The translations under genes and the position numbers were made by a program. This document shows, piece by piece, positions 26,643 to 36,830 of a stretch of DNA of 64,000 bases. Location: positions 32,001-96,000 of IMG/VR virus record IMGVR_UViG_3300013126_000014. One strand, given 5' to 3'. The notes beneath the pieces are model-generated. The model was not told where the DNA came from. It did no database searches and saw only the letters and a list, made by a program, of their open reading frames with translations. Origin of the DNA: a virus. Position 1 is the first letter of the stretch; each line of letters starts with the position of its first letter.

Positions 26643-27599
26643 ATGGCATTATTTGATTCTATCAAAGGTGGAATTTCGGGCGGGGTTGGACGACTAGCAG
26701 GAAATGTAAAAGATCTATTAGATCCTGCAAATGCTCGACGTGCCATTTCTGGTCTGTTTCCGGGGGGTTCTGTTGGACAAGGGAAACAGTCTGCTAGAAT
26801 AGGATTCCAACAGGGTGGCGGCAGTCCAGTTGATCCATCGGATGATTGGCGAGTACGTATAAGCCTAAGTCCTTCAAATAAGATTTTTTATAACGACACT
26901 AATAATGATCTACTTACTCCGTTGAGCGTAACTGACGGGGTAGTTTTTCCTTATACTCCGAGTATTTCTGTGACACATCAGGCAATTTATAATCCTGCAC
27001 AGCTTACACATAGTAATTATGCAGCGCAGTTTTACCAAGGTAGCGAAGTGAGTGACATAACCATCAATGGTGATTTTACTGTACAGAATGTTGACGAGGG
27101 TAGATATTTACTAGCAGCAATATACTTTTTTAGAAGTGCTACTAAAATGTTTTTTGGTTACGATTCTGCAGGGCAACCTAGCGGTAATCCGCCACCGATA
27201 GTTTATTTAGACGGCTACGGTGAACACTATTTCCCCCATGTTCCTTGTGTGATTACTAATTTTACACATGTGTTACCAAACGAAGTCGACTATATTGAAA
27301 TACCGTTTACTACACAGAAAGTTGTAGATGTCGAATCTTCGCTGCCAACAGAAAGCAATCGAAGTGTGCAGTTGTCGGGCGAAGAGCAGCAATACGTTCC
27401 TAGTTTATTAAAATCAAACAATCCTTCTAGAAAACAACAGGGATTTCAGGTCACAACAAAATTAACAAGATTGCCTACGAATAGTTCGGTCAGCATCACC
27501 CTACGACCAGTATATAGCCGTAAGAGTCTGCATGAAAAATTTAATCTGCATGATTTCGCCTCAGGAAAACTAATTAAAGGCAGCGGAGGGTTCCTATAA
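26643..27599 (+). CDS. Baseplate/tail-tube initiator-like protein (gp48/gp54-type)
   Basis: VFPYTPSI...THSNY...GNPPPIVYL...VPCVITNF; first gene of the baseplate operon after TAAATA at 26611. Confidence 0.6.
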   Translation: MALFDSIKGGISGGVGRLAGNVKDLLDPANARRAISGLFPGGSVGQGKQSARIGFQQGGGSPVDPSDDWRVRISLSPSNKIFYNDTNNDLLTPLSVTDGVVFPYTPSISVTHQAIYNPAQLTHSNYAAQFYQGSEVSDITINGDFTVQNVDEGRYLLAAIYFFRSATKMFFGYDSAGQPSGNPPPIVYLDGYGEHYFPHVPCVITNFTHVLPNEVDYIEIPFTTQKVVDVESSLPTESNRSVQLSGEEQQYVPSLLKSNNPSRKQQGFQVTTKLTRLPTNSSVSITLRPVYSRKSLHEKFNLHDFASGKLIKGSGGFL

Positions 27600-27904
27600 T
27601 GGCACAGGTAGAATATAGCAAATTGAGTCCATATTATGGTACTACGGTATACGGCAACTTTTTAGATGTAGCAACTGATAGACAAATACCCAAAGATCCA
27701 AGTGATGTGTTGTATACTATAGATAAGCCATATGACAAGCGTCCCGATCTATTAGCAGACGACATATACGGCGACAGTCGATTGTGGTGGGTATTTGCCG
27801 TCAGAAACCCAAACACCTTACAAGATCCTCTGTTTGATTTTACTGCGGGTACAGTTATATACATTCCAAAAAAAGAAGCTATAGTGTCGGCGTTAGGGCT
27901 TTAA
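27599..27904 (+). CDS. gp53: LysM-like baseplate wedge protein, gp53-like
   Basis: RPDLLADDIYGDSRLWWVFAVRN...GTVIYIP. Confidence 0.8.
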   Translation: MAQVEYSKLSPYYGTTVYGNFLDVATDRQIPKDPSDVLYTIDKPYDKRPDLLADDIYGDSRLWWVFAVRNPNTLQDPLFDFTAGTVIYIPKKEAIVSALGL

Positions 27905-27907
27905 TTA

Positions 27908-30853
27908 ATGGCAATAATATATAAACAACAGACTGTTGCCGGCGGCGAGCTTGGTGGTGATTGGCAGGTACTCGGTGGGTATAATGATGCAACTAGAGTC
28001 ATTACCGTACAAGTAATCACATCATCTGGTAAGGTTTTATACCAAGGAACATCAGTGGGTGCGATCAATGCAGATATCGATGCTGCCATTGATTTTTCTC
28101 GAAACAATCCCATTGACGGTATTGATCCTTCGGTTGAACTTGCGTTCTTTAAATCCACACAAGCCGCAGTATCAACGATATACAATGATCTACAAACACA
28201 ATACAAAACAGAAACTGCGCCTGCCAACACCGCACAGGCGCCTGTACCTGCACAACCGCAGCAAGATGCAGGTGCTGTAACTAGCGCCGAACAGCAACGA
28301 TTGTCAGATGCAAATTCAACATCAGACAGCACGGTAGAAAATGCCGGAACAAACTCAGAAGCTAATAATAGTGAAAAATTAACATTTAAAGATGTTAGTG
28401 TTGAAGGTGCTAGATACAGAGAAAATCCTCTTCATGCGTATCCAAGTTATACCTACAGTTTGAGTCTACATTTATTATCTTCTGAAGAATTTAATAAAAT
28501 GGTCGAAACGCAGGAATATAGACCTAGTAATGTGCTGATATCAAGTGCTGGGAGATATAATAACGTAGAGGGAAAAGGATCATTTAAAAGAAATACATGG
28601 TTCAACGAAGATTTTTATTTTGAGGATCTTTCAATTACTACAGTAATCGGGTTAGGCGAAACTAACCGAAGTACTAACGCAGTGGATATAAAATTTACAA
28701 TAGTTGAACCCTACGGATTAACATTGTTAGATCGAATTGTAGACGCTAGTAATCAACTTGGGATAGAGAACTATCTACAAAATCCCTACATGCTACAAAT
28801 TGATTTTTATGGGTGTGACGACAACGGGAACATTATTAGTCCAATACCTGATATTACTAAAAACATTCCCATGCAAATACGTACCTGCTCTGCCAGTGTT
28901 ACTACAAAAGGTAGCGAGTATAGTATTACAGGTACACCATTCTCTCATCAGGCATTCGATCAGCGGGTACAAGAGTGTCCAATTAATGTTGAAGTAGCAT
29001 CACGCACAGTTGAAGGATTTTTTAAAAGTACAACAGACGGCGCTGAAGAACTATCTAGACGTATATCTAAGGATAGAGAAGAAAGGGAAGAATACAGAAA
29101 ATACCGCCAGGACGTAGAAGAACGTGCGGCAATGAACAATCAAGTATTGCCATTAACATCAGTCACCGAAAGACTGTCAAGAGATCCTGTGTATAGCACA
29201 AGTAGTTTAGCTGATGCAATTAACGCTTACTATATTAGTTTAGAAAATAACCTCAAATTGGTATCTGATCGAATAAATTTTGTGTTCCACCCTGATATAG
29301 CAAAAGCTACAATAGTTGATGCAATGCCTGCACCAAGTGATCGACCAATGAATGCCACAGACCTTATCAGAGCAATTAGGGGAAATGCAGGTATCAATGT
29401 TGGTGCATTCAATGAGAATGAAGTTAAAACACCAGTTAGCTATGGTTCTAGTATTGAAGCCGTAATAGCCAGAGTTATAAGAAACAGCTCATACATACGC
29501 GACCAACTTGCTATACTTGAAGGTGAAAAAGACGTTGAAAAGTATAATAACTTAAAAGAGAAAAATAAAACAGCAAACTTAGAATGGTTTAAAATAGTAC
29601 CAGTGCTAAAATTACGAGGTTACGATCCCTTTACTAATACATTTGGGAGAGAAATTACCTATTATGTGGTCCCCTACACTATAAAAAATATCAGATTAGA
29701 CGATGCACCAAAGGGCAAAGCCACACGAAATGATGCTGTAAAATTTTACAATTACATTTACACTGGCTCTAATATAGATATTTTAGATTTGAAAATAGAT
29801 TTTAATGCAGTGTATTATACCAGCATAACCGCTTTTCGATCAAACTACTTAAGTGCGTCTGGGATATCTGATTATTTTGACACAGGAAACAGTTGTGAAG
29901 TGGCAAAACTGCCGCCACCTGGGACAACTTTGCAACCAACCCAAAGATTTTACAAGCTACCCGATCAACGTGACATAACCTCAGTACGTAGTAAAACAGC
30001 AGCAGAAATAGCTGCTGCAGACCTAGAAAGATCAATCATGACAGAACCTATAGCAGACATGTTAAAAGTAGATCTTTCCATATTAGGTGATCCGGAGTTT
30101 ATTAAACAGGACGATTTGTTTTATCCTCCTACGCTTGACGAAAACGGTAATCCAGTTAGAGAATTTGAAACTCCTATTACTAAAAACGGAAGCATAAAAA
30201 CAGATCAAGGTGAAGTATACGTACTATTGATAATTAAAACCCCAACTGATATTAATGATGAAACAGGTATGATGAGTTTTGGAGAACGGGCATATACTAG
30301 CGGATTTTCTGGATTATACAGAGTGCATGTTGTTGAGAACGAATTCAATCGCGGAACATTTAAACAAAAACTAACATTAGTGCGACAACCCGAACAAGAT
30401 GGCGAACAAAGTGCGCAAAGCGCATTGGAAAGGGTTAAAGATTGGAAAGAATATCCTACAGGATCGGGAGATATTGCACCACCTGCAGGCAACAAACAAG
30501 AAGATGCTGTTGCAGTAGACGACACTACAAATCAACCAGCTGTTGACCCAGCGCCGGCGCTTGATCCCACCCCTGATGCGGCACAAAAAGATTTAGCTAA
30601 TATCAGAAATAGTGCGCCCGAAGTACCTATCAATCAACGTAATGAGCCGCAAGCTGTTCCGCCCGGTCCATTGACTGAAAGGGCGTCTCTTGAAGCACAA
30701 CATAAGGCTATTCAACAAGAAATATATAGCATTGTCACTAAAACCGGTGTTAGCTCTCAGCAACGTGCTGCCGATAACGCACGAATAACAGTTCTTAACC
30801 AACAAGCGGCTGAGGTTGTTAGTAAATTAACAGCAATCGGCGCATGGAAATAA
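27908..30853 (+). CDS. Baseplate hub protein (gp27-like) with N- and C-terminal extensions
   Basis: Position between gp53 and gp5; FTIVEPYG, LSILGDP, FSGLYRV..VENEF..G.FKQKLTLVR. Confidence 0.65.
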   Translation: MAIIYKQQTVAGGELGGDWQVLGGYNDATRVITVQVITSSGKVLYQGTSVGAINADIDAAIDFSRNNPIDGIDPSVELAFFKSTQAAVSTIYNDLQTQYKTETAPANTAQAPVPAQPQQDAGAVTSAEQQRLSDANSTSDSTVENAGTNSEANNSEKLTFKDVSVEGARYRENPLHAYPSYTYSLSLHLLSSEEFNKMVETQEYRPSNVLISSAGRYNNVEGKGSFKRNTWFNEDFYFEDLSITTVIGLGETNRSTNAVDIKFTIVEPYGLTLLDRIVDASNQLGIENYLQNPYMLQIDFYGCDDNGNIISPIPDITKNIPMQIRTCSASVTTKGSEYSITGTPFSHQAFDQRVQECPINVEVASRTVEGFFKSTTDGAEELSRRISKDREEREEYRKYRQDVEERAAMNNQVLPLTSVTERLSRDPVYSTSSLADAINAYYISLENNLKLVSDRINFVFHPDIAKATIVDAMPAPSDRPMNATDLIRAIRGNAGINVGAFNENEVKTPVSYGSSIEAVIARVIRNSSYIRDQLAILEGEKDVEKYNNLKEKNKTANLEWFKIVPVLKLRGYDPFTNTFGREITYYVVPYTIKNIRLDDAPKGKATRNDAVKFYNYIYTGSNIDILDLKIDFNAVYYTSITAFRSNYLSASGISDYFDTGNSCEVAKLPPPGTTLQPTQRFYKLPDQRDITSVRSKTAAEIAAADLERSIMTEPIADMLKVDLSILGDPEFIKQDDLFYPPTLDENGNPVREFETPITKNGSIKTDQGEVYVLLIIKTPTDINDETGMMSFGERAYTSGFSGLYRVHVVENEFNRGTFKQKLTLVRQPEQDGEQSAQSALERVKDWKEYPTGSGDIAPPAGNKQEDAVAVDDTTNQPAVDPAPALDPTPDAAQKDLANIRNSAPEVPINQRNEPQAVPPGPLTERASLEAQHKAIQQEIYSIVTKTGVSSQQRAADNARITVLNQQAAEVVSKLTAIGAWK

Positions 30854-30876
30854 TGCAACTATTGGAATAACAAAAA

Positions 30877-32970
30877 ATGGCAATTGATCATAGAATAGGT
30901 ACAAAAGTTAGTAAATCACTGCGCAGAGAAGACACTCCTGCGATTAGGGTAGATCCGTATCCGTATATAGGGGTAGTAAAGAACAACTATGATAGTATAC
31001 GCAGTGGTCGCCTGCAGGTGTTTATTCCTGATTTTGGCGGCGACGAGAACAATCCAAAAAATTGGCGTACAGTAAATTATGCTAGTCCGTTTATGGGCTA
31101 TACCAATGTCCCTAAGGATTCTGGAACTACTAATTCATTTCAAAACGCAGCACATACCTACGGTATGTGGATGGTACCTCCGGATATTGGTGTAGAAGTT
31201 ATTGTTATCTTTGTTGGCGGAGATCCTCTCAGAGGGTTTTGGATCGCTTGCGTAAACAGTAATCTCAGCCATTACATGGTACCCGGGCTAGCGGCAAGTC
31301 AAAATGTTCAAGCAGATACTGCAGATGCTGGGTTTAAAGCAGGCAAAGTTAAAGATGCTAGTTACCCAGTTGTAGAGTTTAACGAAAACGATCCCAAAGC
31401 TGTACACACTCCGGACTGGACATCAAACCCAAGACCTGTCCATGAGGTCCAAGCTGCTATATTAAGAAAACAAGGTTTAGATAGAGACACTGTACGAGGT
31501 ACTATTACTAGTAGTAGCCAACGCGAGAGCCCAAGTCATGTGTTTGGTATTAGTACTCCAGGTAGACCAATTAACGATCCTGCAGATGATCCAAATTTTG
31601 AAAATAAAGTTAAATCTGGCGATTTAACCGCAGACGATTATGCAGTTAGAGCTAGAGCGGGCGGGCACACACTAGTTATGGATGATGGGAGTATTGGTCG
31701 ACGAGATCAATTGTTTAGATTACGATCTGCTAGAGGTCATCAGATTATGATGCACGACACTAGCAACACCTTCTATATGGCCAACGCAGATGGGACTGTG
31801 TGGATAGAAATGACACAAGATGGCAGATTGGAGGTATATAGCTCTGGCAGTATTAGTTTAAGATCGCAAGGTTCGTTGAATTTACACGCCGATAGTAATA
31901 TCAATATTGATGCAGGCGGCAACTTCAACGTGAGATCCGGTGGCAAGGTTCAGTTTAATAGCCAAAGTTTAAATGTTATCACTGACGGGGCTATTACAGT
32001 TGCCGCCGGCGGCACTGTAGGTATTAACACTACAGGTGCTTTTAATGTGCAGTCGACGGGCATTAGCCTTGACGCCAATAGTGCAAAACTAATACTCAAT
32101 GGTCAAATCTTTGAAAACTCAACCGCTGGTGTTAATGTAAATCGCCCTACCCCAATAAAAGTAAATAATCTGTCAGATACGGTATTAGACAAAACAACAG
32201 GAACATACAAAATAGTACCTGGCGCATTGAATACTATTGTAACTGTAGCGCCAACACACGAGCCGTTTTCCTTGCATGCCACACGACCGGAACCAGCACC
32301 ACCTGCATCTAAAGTAGGAACGCAGCCTCAGGAATTTACAGGATCTAACGATGTTACTAATACCTTAGACGGTAAAGCAGTTAATAATGCAGTTCCAGAA
32401 AAATATATTCAGATGCAGCTCGATGCGTTACCACCGCAGGGCAGCATAGGACCATTAGACAAAGATGATTTAACGGCATATTTTGCACAGATGGGCTACA
32501 GCGAAAGCACATTTAGTTACAAGACGCAATTACCAGGTAGTCAATATCTAGGCAAGTATCAAATTGGTATCATTGCACTTAAAGATGCTAAATTGATTAA
32601 AGACAATGTAACCTCAGCTAGTCAACTTGACATAGCTAGCAACTGGATTGGCGGAGAAGGCAAACCTTCGAGTAAAGAAGAATTTTTAAATACCCCAGAT
32701 CACCAAGAGCGGGCCATGTGGACTATTACAAACAACAACTATGGATACCTAATAGCCAACGGCGGAATTACTAGTGAAATGTCTAAAGAAAAAGTTGCAG
32801 GCATGCTAAGTGCAGCACATTTAGTAGGCCAAGGGCCGGCTGCTACTTGGAGGAAAAGCGGAGCAGATGCAAATGATGCAAACGGTACAACTGCTAGCGA
32901 TTACTTTAGTCGAGGTAAGTGGGCGTTGACCACATACGGTCCTAAAATAGATAGTCTACGCAACGGATAA
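30877..32970 (+). CDS. gp5: Baseplate central spike, gp5-like, with C-terminal lysozyme-like domain
   Basis: OB-fold (GVVKNNYD...GRLQVFIP, YGMWMVPPDIG), beta-helix repeats, PTHEP, then ES...YLGKYQIG...AAHLVG. Confidence 0.82.
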   Translation: MAIDHRIGTKVSKSLRREDTPAIRVDPYPYIGVVKNNYDSIRSGRLQVFIPDFGGDENNPKNWRTVNYASPFMGYTNVPKDSGTTNSFQNAAHTYGMWMVPPDIGVEVIVIFVGGDPLRGFWIACVNSNLSHYMVPGLAASQNVQADTADAGFKAGKVKDASYPVVEFNENDPKAVHTPDWTSNPRPVHEVQAAILRKQGLDRDTVRGTITSSSQRESPSHVFGISTPGRPINDPADDPNFENKVKSGDLTADDYAVRARAGGHTLVMDDGSIGRRDQLFRLRSARGHQIMMHDTSNTFYMANADGTVWIEMTQDGRLEVYSSGSISLRSQGSLNLHADSNINIDAGGNFNVRSGGKVQFNSQSLNVITDGAITVAAGGTVGINTTGAFNVQSTGISLDANSAKLILNGQIFENSTAGVNVNRPTPIKVNNLSDTVLDKTTGTYKIVPGALNTIVTVAPTHEPFSLHATRPEPAPPASKVGTQPQEFTGSNDVTNTLDGKAVNNAVPEKYIQMQLDALPPQGSIGPLDKDDLTAYFAQMGYSESTFSYKTQLPGSQYLGKYQIGIIALKDAKLIKDNVTSASQLDIASNWIGGEGKPSSKEEFLNTPDHQERAMWTITNNNYGYLIANGGITSEMSKEKVAGMLSAAHLVGQGPAATWRKSGADANDANGTTASDYFSRGKWALTTYGPKIDSLRNG

Positions 32971-32986
32971 CAAGGTAAATATTATT

Positions 32987-33364
32987 ATGGCAAACTTTTA
33001 TCGCGGATTTAGTACAGTTGGTCGAAATAAAAAATTTCGCCTAACTGACCTTGAATTAATCAAACAGGATCTTATTAATCATTTTCACATTCGTAAAGGC
33101 GAAAAGTTAATGAATCCAAAATTTGGTACAGTGATATGGAATCTAATTCATGAGCCGCTGACTGAAGAGCTAAAAAGTGTAATCATTGAAGATGTTAATA
33201 ATGTAGTTAATTACGATCCTCGTATCAGTGTTGATAATGTAGTAATTACGGAATATGAGCAGGGCATTCAAATTGAAATAGAGCTTCGATATCTTCAAAC
33301 AAATCAAATCAATTCAATGTTACTACAGTTTGACAACCAAGCAAATACTCTAACTGTGCTGTAA
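32987..33364 (+). CDS. gp25: Baseplate wedge protein, gp25-like
   Basis: LIKQDL.N....RKGEKLMNPKFG......EP...YDPRI. Confidence 0.9.
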   Translation: MANFYRGFSTVGRNKKFRLTDLELIKQDLINHFHIRKGEKLMNPKFGTVIWNLIHEPLTEELKSVIIEDVNNVVNYDPRISVDNVVITEYEQGIQIEIELRYLQTNQINSMLLQFDNQANTLTVL

Positions 33365-33414
33365 TAATCTACGTACTTTTTCCTAAAATAAATACATTAT
33401 AATAGGAAATCAGT

Positions 33415-36400
33415 ATGGCTATTACCACAAGACAATCAAGTTTATTAGTTGCTGAAGATTGGACTAAGATCTATCAGACGTTCCGTAACGCAGACTTTCA
33501 GAGTTACGATTATGAAACTTTACGCAAGTCCATGATCGATTACTTACGAACATATTACCCGGAAGATTTTAACGACTTTATCGAATCAAGCGAATTTATC
33601 GCTCTTATTGACTTAGTTGCATTCTTAGGACAATCGTTGGCATTTCGCGGCGATCTTAATGCACGAGAAAATTTCATTGATACAGCACAACGTCGCGACA
33701 GTATTTTAAAACTTGCACGACTAATTTCCTATAATCCCAAACGTAATATTCCAGCTAGTGGATTCTTAAAGATTCAAAGCATTTCTACTACAGAAGATGT
33801 CTACGACAGCAACGGATTTAATTTAAACGGAGTAGTCATCGATTGGGCAGACGCTGCCAATGATAACTGGCAGGAACAATTTACTGCTATAATGAATTCG
33901 GCGTTGGTTTCTAATCAAGTTATTAGTAAACCTAGCAATAGTCAACTAATCAACGGAATCACTAACGACGAATATCAGATTAACCTAGCACCAAATTTGA
34001 CCGGTACTTTTGCTTTTCAAAGTTTAGTTGAGGGCAGTCAGATGAGCTTTCAGGCAATTAGTGCATCTAGCGCAGGTCAAACCTATGTATACGAAGTGGC
34101 ACCAAAACCAAACCGTGCATTTAATCTTTTGTACAAAAATGATAATCTAGGCAACTCAAGCAATAATACTGGTTTCTTTGTCTACTTTAAACAGGGCGAA
34201 CTTAAATCTCAAGATTTTATATTTGAAGAAAGTATTCCTAATCGTGTATTTGACATTAGTGTAAACAATATTAACCATTCGGATGTTTGGTTATATCAAC
34301 TTGACAGCAACGGCAATCCTAGCACACTGTGGAATCAGGTATCATCAGTTGGCGTGCGTAACGTAATCTATAACAAAGAAACAGATAAAAATATCTATCA
34401 AGTAAACACACGTGCCGGTGACCAAATTAGTCTTGTATTTGGTGATGGGAGTTTTGCTAATAACCCACAAGGCAGTTTTAGAATTTACTATCGTGTTAGC
34501 AATGGATTGGAATACAAAATAACACCTGACGAAATGCAGAATATTAGTCTATCATTAAACTATGTAAGTAGAGTTGGAAGGATTGAAACATTAACTATTA
34601 CTTCTAGTTTGCAGTACACTGTGGCAAATAGTTCAGGTAGAGAAACAGTAGAAGATATTAGACAAAAAGCACCGCAACAATATTACACACAAGATCGTAT
34701 GGTGACTGGTGAAGATTACAATGTTTTGCCATATACCTTGTTTAGTAATGTGTTAAAGGCCAAGGCAGTAAATCGCACAAGCTCGGGGGTGAGCCGTTAT
34801 CTAGACGTAGTAGACAGTACAGGAAAATATTCAAGTACTAATATTTTTGCACAAGACGGCCTGCTATATCGTAATGAAACTGAAAAAACTTTTAGTTTTG
34901 AGTATGTTAACAAAAACGACATCTATAGAGTTATATTAAATCGAATTAAACCTTTAGTGCAATCACAAGAAGCACTACAGTATTTTTATGCCTTTTACCC
35001 ATTGATCGATATAAACAACGCCTACTGGAATTTAAGTTCTACAGTTGCCAATGGTAGCACTGGATACTTGTACGATCCTGATGAGAATACCATTCAAATT
35101 GGTAACATTGTGGCTAGTAATTTTAAGTACATCAAGGCAGGCAGTATTGTTAAATTTTCAGCAGGTGTAGGTAATTACTTTGATGCGCAAAATACTATTA
35201 ACACAGGAACACCAAGCAAAAGCGGCGACAAGTACTATATCTATGCGGCCATTCAGCAGGTTATAGGTGATGGTACCAATGGCGGATTAGGAAATCTAGC
35301 CAATGGCAGTGGCCCAATAATTATCAATGAGGTTGTGCCGCAAGGAGCAATCGCAGATCAAATCTATGCAGTATTCAATAATGAATTTTCAATCTCATTG
35401 ATCGAAACTATGGTGGGGTATATTCAAGCATTTGAAGATTTTGGTCTACGTTATGATCATAACACCACTCAGTGGGAAGTAATACGTCCGCAGGATTTAA
35501 GTACAGGCAAATTTAGTTTTGATTATGTAGGGGACACCTCTAGTCAACAACTTGACTCAAGTTGGATGATACGTTTTAAGACCGTGGGGCAAACTTACAC
35601 TGTGGTATATCGCGGGTTGGAATACATTTTTGAAAGCGTAAAAGAAACTAACTTCTATTTTGATGATGCGGTTAAAGTTTATGACCCAAACACTGGGTCA
35701 ACGATTAACGATCAAGTAAAAGTACTAAAAGTCAATAGTCAGCCCGACAGCGCAAGTCCGTTGGCCCTTGATTATGTTTGGTACATCTACAAAAACATTA
35801 CTGAAATCGATGGATACGAAAATCCTAATAAGATTTTAGTAACATTCCCAGATAGTGATAATGACGGCATACCCGACAATCCCGAACTGTTTGAGTTGAT
35901 TGTTGCTCCTGAAATTAACGCTGAAGAGAAATATGTGTATTTCCAAAACACTTACGGATATGACAATTATGTTATACAAACTCCAGTGAACAATACAACT
36001 GTTAATAGTCAATACAGTACGTTGCGAGATGCTCAGATCGCAGCTACTCTATATCAAAATGGTCAGCTATTTTATATTGCACCAGAAAATGCGTTTTATC
36101 AATTGAATGTTAGCGGTGCAACGTATACATTAAATGTAACCACAGAGTATACTGCAAAAAAAGGTCGACAAGATATATATTTCCAATACAGACACAACAG
36201 TCCTAACTACAGACGTATTGATCCAAGTCCAAACAATATCATTGACCTGTATTTGTTAACTAAGCAATATTCAACTGATTATACCGCTTGGATTAGAGAT
36301 ACTAGCAGTACTATTACACAGCCAGTAGCACCAACAGGCGAGGAATTAAGTTTAGAGTTTAGTAACCTTGAAAAATATAAATCAGTTAGCGATACTCTAA

Positions 36401-36798
36401 TTTATAATCCTGCTAAATTTAAACCAATTTTTGGAGACAAAGCCGAGCCTGCACTGCAAGCCACATTCAAAGTTGTAAAAAACCCTAGTGTTGTTGTCAG
36501 CGATAACGATGTAAAAACTAGTGTAATTAGTGCTATCAATGCATACTTTGAAGTTTCAAATTGGGACTTTGGAGAGACCTTTTATTTTAGTGAATTGAGC
36601 GCATACTTACATCAAGTGTTAGCGCCAAATATTGCTAGTATTATCATTGTACCTGCTAGCGAAGCGGGCGCATTTGGGGGGTTATTGCAAGTTAATGCAG
36701 AATATAATGAAATTATTATTAGCGCAGCAACTGTAGACAACGTACAAATAATTTCAGCAATTACCGCGGCGCAGATCAACCAATCTGCAACGGCTTAA
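33415..36798 (+). CDS. gp6: Baseplate wedge protein, gp6-like
   Basis: ENFIDTAQRRDSILKLARLISYNPKR, VFGDGSF, ETVEDIRQKAP..YYTQDRMVTGEDY. Confidence 0.88.
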   Translation: MAITTRQSSLLVAEDWTKIYQTFRNADFQSYDYETLRKSMIDYLRTYYPEDFNDFIESSEFIALIDLVAFLGQSLAFRGDLNARENFIDTAQRRDSILKLARLISYNPKRNIPASGFLKIQSISTTEDVYDSNGFNLNGVVIDWADAANDNWQEQFTAIMNSALVSNQVISKPSNSQLINGITNDEYQINLAPNLTGTFAFQSLVEGSQMSFQAISASSAGQTYVYEVAPKPNRAFNLLYKNDNLGNSSNNTGFFVYFKQGELKSQDFIFEESIPNRVFDISVNNINHSDVWLYQLDSNGNPSTLWNQVSSVGVRNVIYNKETDKNIYQVNTRAGDQISLVFGDGSFANNPQGSFRIYYRVSNGLEYKITPDEMQNISLSLNYVSRVGRIETLTITSSLQYTVANSSGRETVEDIRQKAPQQYYTQDRMVTGEDYNVLPYTLFSNVLKAKAVNRTSSGVSRYLDVVDSTGKYSSTNIFAQDGLLYRNETEKTFSFEYVNKNDIYRVILNRIKPLVQSQEALQYFYAFYPLIDINNAYWNLSSTVANGSTGYLYDPDENTIQIGNIVASNFKYIKAGSIVKFSAGVGNYFDAQNTINTGTPSKSGDKYYIYAAIQQVIGDGTNGGLGNLANGSGPIIINEVVPQGAIADQIYAVFNNEFSISLIETMVGYIQAFEDFGLRYDHNTTQWEVIRPQDLSTGKFSFDYVGDTSSQQLDSSWMIRFKTVGQTYTVVYRGLEYIFESVKETNFYFDDAVKVYDPNTGSTINDQVKVLKVNSQPDSASPLALDYVWYIYKNITEIDGYENPNKILVTFPDSDNDGIPDNPELFELIVAPEINAEEKYVYFQNTYGYDNYVIQTPVNNTTVNSQYSTLRDAQIAATLYQNGQLFYIAPENAFYQLNVSGATYTLNVTTEYTAKKGRQDIYFQYRHNSPNYRRIDPSPNNIIDLYLLTKQYSTDYTAWIRDTSSTITQPVAPTGEELSLEFSNLEKYKSVSDTLIYNPAKFKPIFGDKAEPALQATFKVVKNPSVVVSDNDVKTSVISAINAYFEVSNWDFGETFYFSELSAYLHQVLAPNIASIIIVPASEAGAFGGLLQVNAEYNEIIISAATVDNVQIISAITAAQINQSATA

Positions 36799-36830
36799 AT
36801 ACTATATAACAGTTAGGATCAAGTAATAAC

